Part shown: positions 59,777-64,000 of the stretch, in pieces
Position numbering within the stretch: the first letter of the stretch is position 1
Layout of the letters: each line of letters starts with the position of its first letter
Assembly (NCBI GenBank): GCA_963700665.1
Contig: CAVOYK010000011.1
Coordinates: 122,527-186,526, forward strand
Length of the DNA stretch: 64,000 nt
Reading direction: 5' to 3'
Origin: an uncultured Actinomycetes bacterium
GTDB lineage: Bacteria > Actinomycetota > Coriobacteriia > Anaerosomatales > PHET01
Made by a program: the position numbers and the translations under genes
Notes under the pieces: generated by a model
The model's input: the letters and a program-made list of their open reading frames with translations, nothing else
Database searches by the model: none
Told to the model about the DNA's origin: nothing

Positions 59777-61153
59777 TTAGTCGGTCGACCCGCCAGTGCC
59801 GCCCGCCGACCCTTCAGGACTACCGCCCGTTTGGGCAGCAGTGCCTCCGCTAGCACCCCCAACAGTGCCACCGCTCGTAGGCCCAGCAGCGCCACCGCTC
59901 GTAGGTGCCGGCGTCGTGTCGGCGGGACCCTTCTGTGTCGTCCGAGCGGCTGGCTGGCCTGATGCGACAGGTTCGCGTTGCGGCTCGCTGGGCGCGCGTG
60001 ATCCGGACGATCCCCCGCTGCCGGGAACTGACGCACCGCCGGAGCGAGCGCCCGCTTGCGATTCGCCGGAAGAAGCCGTGGGTCCGGCCGCCTGAGGCTG
60101 CCGCCCTGTATCGGCCGCGGCAGCGCGTTCGCGCTCGTACTGGCGCCGCTGTGACCGCTCTGCCGAGGCCGATGACACCGGCACACCCACACGTTTGGTC
60201 GCACTCTCTACGACGTGCGACCGAGCATCTTGACCAACGGCCTGGGGCTCGGGCGCGGTCGTCACGGCAGCGGTGAGCACGATTGCTGCGGCGACAGCAG
60301 ACGCGACGGCAGCATGTGCGGCCTCGGGGGCCACGCGCGAGATCAGCGGGTCCAGCCAGTGCTGGGACTGTGTCCACCAGCGGGAGAGCACCGGCAGAGC
60401 AAACGCCCCGCGAAGCGCCGCGAACCGCTCGGAGCGCGCGAAGCGACGTGCCTCTCGGCTGCACGACTCGCACTCTGCAAGGTGTTGCTGAAGACGGACT
60501 TCCTCGGCCTGCGAGGCGCCCTCTCGGTTTCGGCGATAGAGGATGTCTATCGCCTGCGTGCACGACTCCGACATCTCCTCAGCCCTCGCGTACGCGGAGT
60601 TGAAGGCCTCCCGCGCGCGTGAGAGCAGTGTGTAGGTTGCGCCTAGACCGATGCCGAAGGCCTTCGCGATCTCGGTCGCTGACTGAGCGTGCATCTCGTG
60701 CATCACAAGCGCGGTGCGATACCGGGGGTTCAGTCCCTTGAGCGTGATGGCGATACGGGCTCCGTCTTCGCGTGCCGTGACGTGCTGTTCGGTGTCGAAG
60801 GAGTCGATCAGCTCGTGTGAGCCAAGTTCGGTCGCGATCTCACGACTCTGGCGCCGGGAGGCGTCGATACAGACGTGTCTCGCGACTCCAAAGAGCCACG
60901 GGAGCGGCCTTGAGATCGAACCTGGCTCGGCGGAAAGCAGCCGGACGAAGACTTCCTGCGCGGCGTCCTCTGCGGTCGTGGGTTCGAGCAGGCGGGAGAG
61001 ACAGAATGCGTACACCGGCGTGTGGAAGCGGCGGTAGACTTCGGCGAAGGCCGCGGGATCTCCGCGAACAGCAGAATCGACCAGCTCCACCTCGGGAGCA
61101 CGGCGCAGAGCCAGTCCCCGTAGTGATGCGGTGTTTCCACGCACCTTGGTCAC
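59777..61153 (-). CDS. ECF sigma factor fused to a ZAS (zf-HC2) anti-sigma domain, a TM helix and a Pro/Gly/Ser-rich tail
   Basis: GTG 61153 follows AAGGAGGA. Region 2 reads FAEVYRRFHTPVYAFCLSRLL...AEDAAQEVFVRLL...WLFGVARHVCID. Region 4 reads LNPRYRTALVMHEMHAQSATEIAKAFGIGLGATYTLLSRAR. The ZAS motif is C-x27-HLAECESC. The TM helix is AAVASAVAAAIVLTAAV. About 140 aa of low-complexity tail follow. Confidence 0.75.
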   Translation of the reverse strand: MTKVRGNTASLRGLALRRAPEVELVDSAVRGDPAAFAEVYRRFHTPVYAFCLSRLLEPTTAEDAAQEVFVRLLSAEPGSISRPLPWLFGVARHVCIDASRRQSREIATELGSHELIDSFDTEQHVTAREDGARIAITLKGLNPRYRTALVMHEMHAQSATEIAKAFGIGLGATYTLLSRAREAFNSAYARAEEMSESCTQAIDILYRRNREGASQAEEVRLQQHLAECESCSREARRFARSERFAALRGAFALPVLSRWWTQSQHWLDPLISRVAPEAAHAAVASAVAAAIVLTAAVTTAPEPQAVGQDARSHVVESATKRVGVPVSSASAERSQRRQYERERAAAADTGRQPQAAGPTASSGESQAGARSGGASVPGSGGSSGSRAPSEPQREPVASGQPAARTTQKGPADTTPAPTSGGAAGPTSGGTVGGASGGTAAQTGGSPEGSAGGTGGSTD

Positions 61154-61176
61154 ACCTTCCTCCTTCTCAGTCTGTA

Positions 61177-61223
61177 CCCCGCGTGAGCATCTGCGATTCC
61201 CCCCAATCGCCGCTCACGCGGGG
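61177..61223 (-). promoter_or_regulatory. Long nested hairpin between the Cys-repeat gene and the sigma gene
   Basis: The outer arms are CCCCGCGTGAGC (61177-61188) and GCTCACGCGGGG (61212-61223). The inner arms are GCGATT (61193-61198) and AATCGC (61205-61210), around a CCCCCC loop. No U-tract follows on the coding (minus) strand. It ends 23 nt before the sigma-gene start codon. Confidence 0.4.
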
Positions 61224-61276
61224 TCAGACCGGTTCGCCAGCAAGTCCAGGGTACGCGCTTGCCGGCACGTCGGGGT

Positions 61277-61789
61277 CTAGCTGTTGCCGGCGGCCTTGTC
61301 ACAGCTGCCGTCCTTGAGCTGCTCACGCTTCTGTTCGCGAGCCTGCGTCGGTTCGGCTGCCGTCTCGCAGCTGCCGTCCTTGAGCTGCTCACGCGTCTGC
61401 TCGCGCTCGCGCGTCTGGACCGCTGCCGTCTCGCAGCTACCGTCCTTGAGCTGCTCACGCTCTTGCTCACGCGCTCGCGTCTGGTCGGCGGCCACCTCTT
61501 GGCAGCTACCGTCCTTGAGCTGGTCCTTGATCTGGTCCTTGACCTGGTCGCGAGTCTGCGTCTGGTCGGCGGCCACCTCTTGGCAGCTACCGTCCTTGAG
61601 CTGGTCCTTGATCTGGTCCTTGACCTGGTCGCGAGTCTGCGTCTGGTCGGCGGCCACCTCTTGGCAGGTACCGTCTCTGAGCTGATCGCGCTGGCGAGTC
61701 CCGTTGGCACCAAAGGCGGCCACCGCGCCGCCGAGCATCATAGCGGCCACGATTCCCGCGACGACCGCTGTGGCCATCTTCCGTCTCAT
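61277..61789 (-). CDS. Small secreted or membrane-anchored protein made of six QL(K/R)DG(S/T)C repeats
   Basis: ATG 61789 lies 7 nt after GGGAGGT. The signal/anchor is MRRKMATAVVAGIVAAMMLGGAVAAFGA. Six units follow, each ending in DG(S/T)C and separated by Gln/Glu/Arg/Asp/Thr-rich 15-20-aa spacers. There are exactly six Cys and I recognise no family. Confidence 0.6.
   Translation of the reverse strand: MRRKMATAVVAGIVAAMMLGGAVAAFGANGTRQRDQLRDGTCQEVAADQTQTRDQVKDQIKDQLKDGSCQEVAADQTQTRDQVKDQIKDQLKDGSCQEVAADQTRAREQEREQLKDGSCETAAVQTREREQTREQLKDGSCETAAEPTQAREQKREQLKDGSCDKAAGNS
61302..61685. repeat. Coding tandem repeat array (periods 66, 66, 69, 81, 81 nt)
   Basis: The core CAGCT(G/A)CCGTCCTTGAGCTG recurs at 61302, 61368, 61434, 61503 and 61584, with a variant at 61665. 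The 81-nt unit starting at 61481 is repeated perfectly at 61562 and partially at 61643. Confidence 0.9.
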
Positions 61790-61935
61790 CGCCCTTACCT
61801 CCCTAGCTCGCTTCACGTCGAGGGCGGTGCCCCCGCTGTTGGTATGTCGAGCCTGGGCGGCGAACCTTACACGCATGAGTCGAAGAAGTTGTGAACGAGC
61901 CGCTGGCGCGTGTCCAGCCCGCGTTGCGTGACGCA

Positions 61936-61967
61936 CAGGGGGCCCCGGTTTGCACCGAGGCCCCCTG
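61936..61967 (-). terminator. Hairpin downstream of the FKBP gene
   Basis: CAGGGGGCC (61936-61944) pairs with GGCCCCCTG (61959-61967) around a 14-nt loop that can pair further. There is no clear U-tract. Confidence 0.35.
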
Positions 61968-61992
61968 GATTCGGGTGATGTCAGAACGAGCG

Positions 61993-62421
61993 CTAGCCCT
62001 CGACGATTTCAACGAGAGTGATCTCGAAGGTCAGGTCTTCGCCGGCAAGTGGGTGGTTGAAGTCGAGCACGACATTGTCGTCGTTGACCTCTGCCACGGT
62101 TGCGGGTACGCGCTGCCCGTCTTCGGTCGCGAGTTCGACAGCCCACCCGACTTCGGGGACCTGGCCGCCGAAGAAGTCCAGCGGGAACGTCTGGACGGCT
62201 TCGTCGTTGCGCTCCCCGTAGGCCTCGGTCGCCACGATGGTCACGACCGTCGAATCACCCGAGTCGAGCTCGCACACCGCGACATCGAACCCGGGGATGA
62301 CCTGGCCCGAACCCACCTCGAACTCGAGGGGCTCGCGTCCCTCACTGCAATCGAACTCGGTTCCGTCCGCGAGGGTCCCGCGGTAGTGGACCCGGACGGT
62401 GTCTCCTGTCTTGGCTGCCAT
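61993..62421 (-). CDS. FKBP-type peptidyl-prolyl isomerase, SlyD-like (with IF insert, no His-rich tail)
   Basis: The start is taken at MAAKTGDTVRVHYRGTLADGTEFD (ATG 62421, after GAGGAGG). Family blocks are EFEVGSGQVIPGFDVAV and NHPLAGEDLTFEITLVEI. Confidence 0.8.
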   Translation of the reverse strand: MAAKTGDTVRVHYRGTLADGTEFDCSEGREPLEFEVGSGQVIPGFDVAVCELDSGDSTVVTIVATEAYGERNDEAVQTFPLDFFGGQVPEVGWAVELATEDGQRVPATVAEVNDDNVVLDFNHPLAGEDLTFEITLVEIVEG

Positions 62422-62560
62422 GGCGCCTCCTCGGCGGATAGTGGTCGGAAGTGCACACTCTAGCGCATACCGTGCCCTTGAGAGCCGGTGTGCAAACGCA
62501 GCGAGACCGGCACGCACGGGGCGCTGCCGGTCTCGACAGAGTGCCTCTGGGGTGGAGGAG

Positions 62561-63472
62561 CTACTTCACGAGCGACTTCAAGGTGCCGGAGACCAGGTCG
62601 AGGAAGCGGGCAAAGAACTGCTCGAAGCTGCCGATCTCGTCGTTGCTACCGTCGGGCTCGAAGCGAGCATCGAAGTCGCCGCCGGCAACGCGCACGGAGA
62701 TGTCCTCCATGCTTGCTACCATCCGGTTGAGGCGGTTGAAGATGAACGAGTTGAGCATGAGCGCGATCAGTGCTGTGGAGATCACGAGTCCGAACATGAT
62801 CACGAACATCGTGCGGACTTGGGACGTACGGGCGGCGTTCGCTTGGGCGCTGATGTCCTTCATGACATAGACGACACCCAGGCTCTTGCCGGTGGAGTCG
62901 AGTGCGGGAAACACGCCGTGCGCGCGCGTGGAGGAGTCCTTGCTCCAGCGGACCTTCCAGTAGTCACCGGAACCTTCAACAGCCCCGTGGCAAGTCTTGG
63001 AGCACGCGCCGTTCTCGACGCCGACGAGCTTGCCGATCTCGGGTACCGTGTCCGCGGTTGCACCCAGCTGCATGTCTTCGGCGGCAGTCTCGTCGGTGGC
63101 GGCGATGAGCACGTAGTTCTCGCGCTCGTCCCAGTTGTCGGGTTGTCCGGCGGCGCCACGCGCCTCAGCGTAGGCAGCCTGGTCCAAGGCGGCCTTGTCG
63201 ATCATCAGGCCAACCTCTGCGCCCGTTATCTCCTTGGCCGCATCCACGTACTTCTGGGCTGCGGCGGAGTCGGTGATCGAGCCGAACTCATCGCCGCCGA
63301 GCGCCGTCAGCTGGTCCCATGTCGCGCGTCCGACCGAGAGCGTCTCGACCCCCGCCACATCCAGCTCGCCGGAGTACGCCTGGTGCAAGTAGATCATCAC
63401 CGTGACCATACCGACGAGATTGACGAGGACCACTCCAAGGAGGATCTTCGTCCTGATCGACATGTTCTTCAT
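62561..63472 (-). CDS. Membrane sensor: TM, extracytoplasmic domain with one CXXCH haem-c motif, TM, HAMP; no output domain
   Basis: The start is taken at MKNMSIRTKILLGVVLVNLVGMVTVMIYL (ATG 63472, after GAGGGAG). The ~190-aa outer domain contains GACSKTCHG. The second TM helix is MFVIMFGLVISTALIALML. The HAMP domain is FNRLNRMVASMEDISVRVAGGDFDARFEPDGSNDEIGSFEQFFARFLDLV. The ORF stops 10 aa later. Confidence 0.6.
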   Translation of the reverse strand: MKNMSIRTKILLGVVLVNLVGMVTVMIYLHQAYSGELDVAGVETLSVGRATWDQLTALGGDEFGSITDSAAAQKYVDAAKEITGAEVGLMIDKAALDQAAYAEARGAAGQPDNWDERENYVLIAATDETAAEDMQLGATADTVPEIGKLVGVENGACSKTCHGAVEGSGDYWKVRWSKDSSTRAHGVFPALDSTGKSLGVVYVMKDISAQANAARTSQVRTMFVIMFGLVISTALIALMLNSFIFNRLNRMVASMEDISVRVAGGDFDARFEPDGSNDEIGSFEQFFARFLDLVSGTLKSLVK

Positions 63473-63583
63473 CGCTCTCCCTCTCTCGTCGTGCACGCTC
63501 TGCGTGCGCGATGCCCCCCATGAGCGTATCGGCCTTTCACGGTCACTACTTTATTCGCTCCGTCTCGAGCCGACGCTGCGTCC

Positions 63584-64000
63584 CTAGCGGACGGTTACCT
63601 TTCTGATGGTCGCGGTCGACCCTCTGTGGCTGGGATCGCCGGCGAACACGGTCTTGATGTAGTAGGTGCCGCGAGACCGCGGTCTCCACCTGTACGAGTA
63701 GGCGCTGGTGCTGCTCAGCGTGCGAGTCGCAAGCCTGCGCCAGCTGCTACCGCTCCGCTTGTACTGGATGGTGACCTTCGCGCCCGCATGTCTCGGCGAA
63801 ACTGCGCCCTTGATGATGAGCGAGCGACCACGCGCGATCCTTGACGCCGAGAGGTACGTGTACGTCTTCGAGCCGAAGGTGATCGTGGCGCCAGCGGAGT
63901 ACACGTTGACTCCGCTCTTGGGCGACCAGACGACCTTGTAGCTGGTCGTGCCCTTCGGCCCGACGGCGAATCCAAAGTCGCCGTCATCACCGACGGTGGC
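63584..64000 (-). CDS. C-terminal part of a secreted Ig-like repeat protein (5' end outside the window)
   Basis: The frame stays open to nt 64000 upstream of the ORF-track start. The C-terminus IIKGAVSPRHAGAKVTIQYKRSGSSWRRL...GTYYIKTVFAGDPSHRGSTATIRKVTVR is the plainest version of the module shared with 12624, 35322 and 49837. Confidence 0.55.
   Translation of the reverse strand, partial: ATVGDDGDFGFAVGPKGTTSYKVVWSPKSGVNVYSAGATITFGSKTYTYLSASRIARGRSLIIKGAVSPRHAGAKVTIQYKRSGSSWRRLATRTLSSTSAYSYRWRPRSRGTYYIKTVFAGDPSHRGSTATIRKVTVR

Noticed and set aside
61302-61685. A regularly spaced repeat array considered as a possible CRISPR locus.
   Set aside because: The periods are 66-81 nt, but the intervening sequences are themselves repeated rather than unique spacers. 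The whole array is one open reading frame with a signal peptide and Shine-Dalgarno. No cas genes are nearby.

Overview
All family calls below come from reading motifs in the supplied translations and the DNA; no database search was possible.

**Overall content.** This is a high-G+C chromosomal segment (about 75% on hand-counted 60-nt lines at 15001 and 40441). Its gene content looks like Actinomycetota: an fhaA-fhaB-pstP-rodA-pbpA-pknB wall/division cluster, PASTA proteins, a MarR plus RND pair, and an ECF sigma factor.

**Gene order, left to right:**
- The 3' part of an SMC/YhaN-like ATPase.
- A minus-strand cbb3-type oxidase cluster: ccoN, a five-haem CcoO-cytochrome c fusion, ccoS, a FixP_N-like small protein, a DsbD_2-like membrane protein, and the CcoI/FixI P-type ATPase.
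- A phosphoribosyltransferase, a DEDDh exonuclease, a five-PASTA lipoprotein and an acyltransferase_3.
- A CAP/cadherin-like secreted protein, a DUF255 thioredoxin-domain protein and an FTR1 iron permease.
- tRNA-Arg(CCU).
- A ~11.9 kb block of lower G+C (about 55-60% on spot counts). It starts with an integrase remnant and carries eight intact plus-strand transporter and hydrolase genes plus two further gene scars.
- A trehalose locus (OtsA-OtsB fusion plus TreT), a ZIP transporter and a secreted protein.
- The wall/division cluster, preceded by an extra kinase with a polytopic membrane domain.
- MarR plus an RND pump with a ~159-aa heptad insert, and a Rex-like regulator.
- A secreted protein with an internal 672-nt duplication, a rhodanese, and tRNA-Leu(CAG).
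- hutH-hutU-hutI.
- A co-directional minus-strand run: haem-c/HAMP sensor, FKBP, Cys-repeat secreted protein, ECF sigma fused to a ZAS anti-sigma, and pirin.

**Two window-wide observations:**
- I infer at least 35, and probably about 40, reading-frame breaks by following family-like sequence from one frame to another. They are strongly clustered in some conserved genes and absent from others, and absent from the whole low-G+C block.
- Four secreted proteins share a basic/aromatic C-terminal beta-type module.

**Best candidates for something undescribed:**
- The sensor/FKBP/Cys-repeat/sigma-ZAS/pirin run at 58.8-63.5 kb.
- The QLKDGSC tandem-repeat protein within that run.

No CRISPR array, rRNA or intact mobile element was seen.
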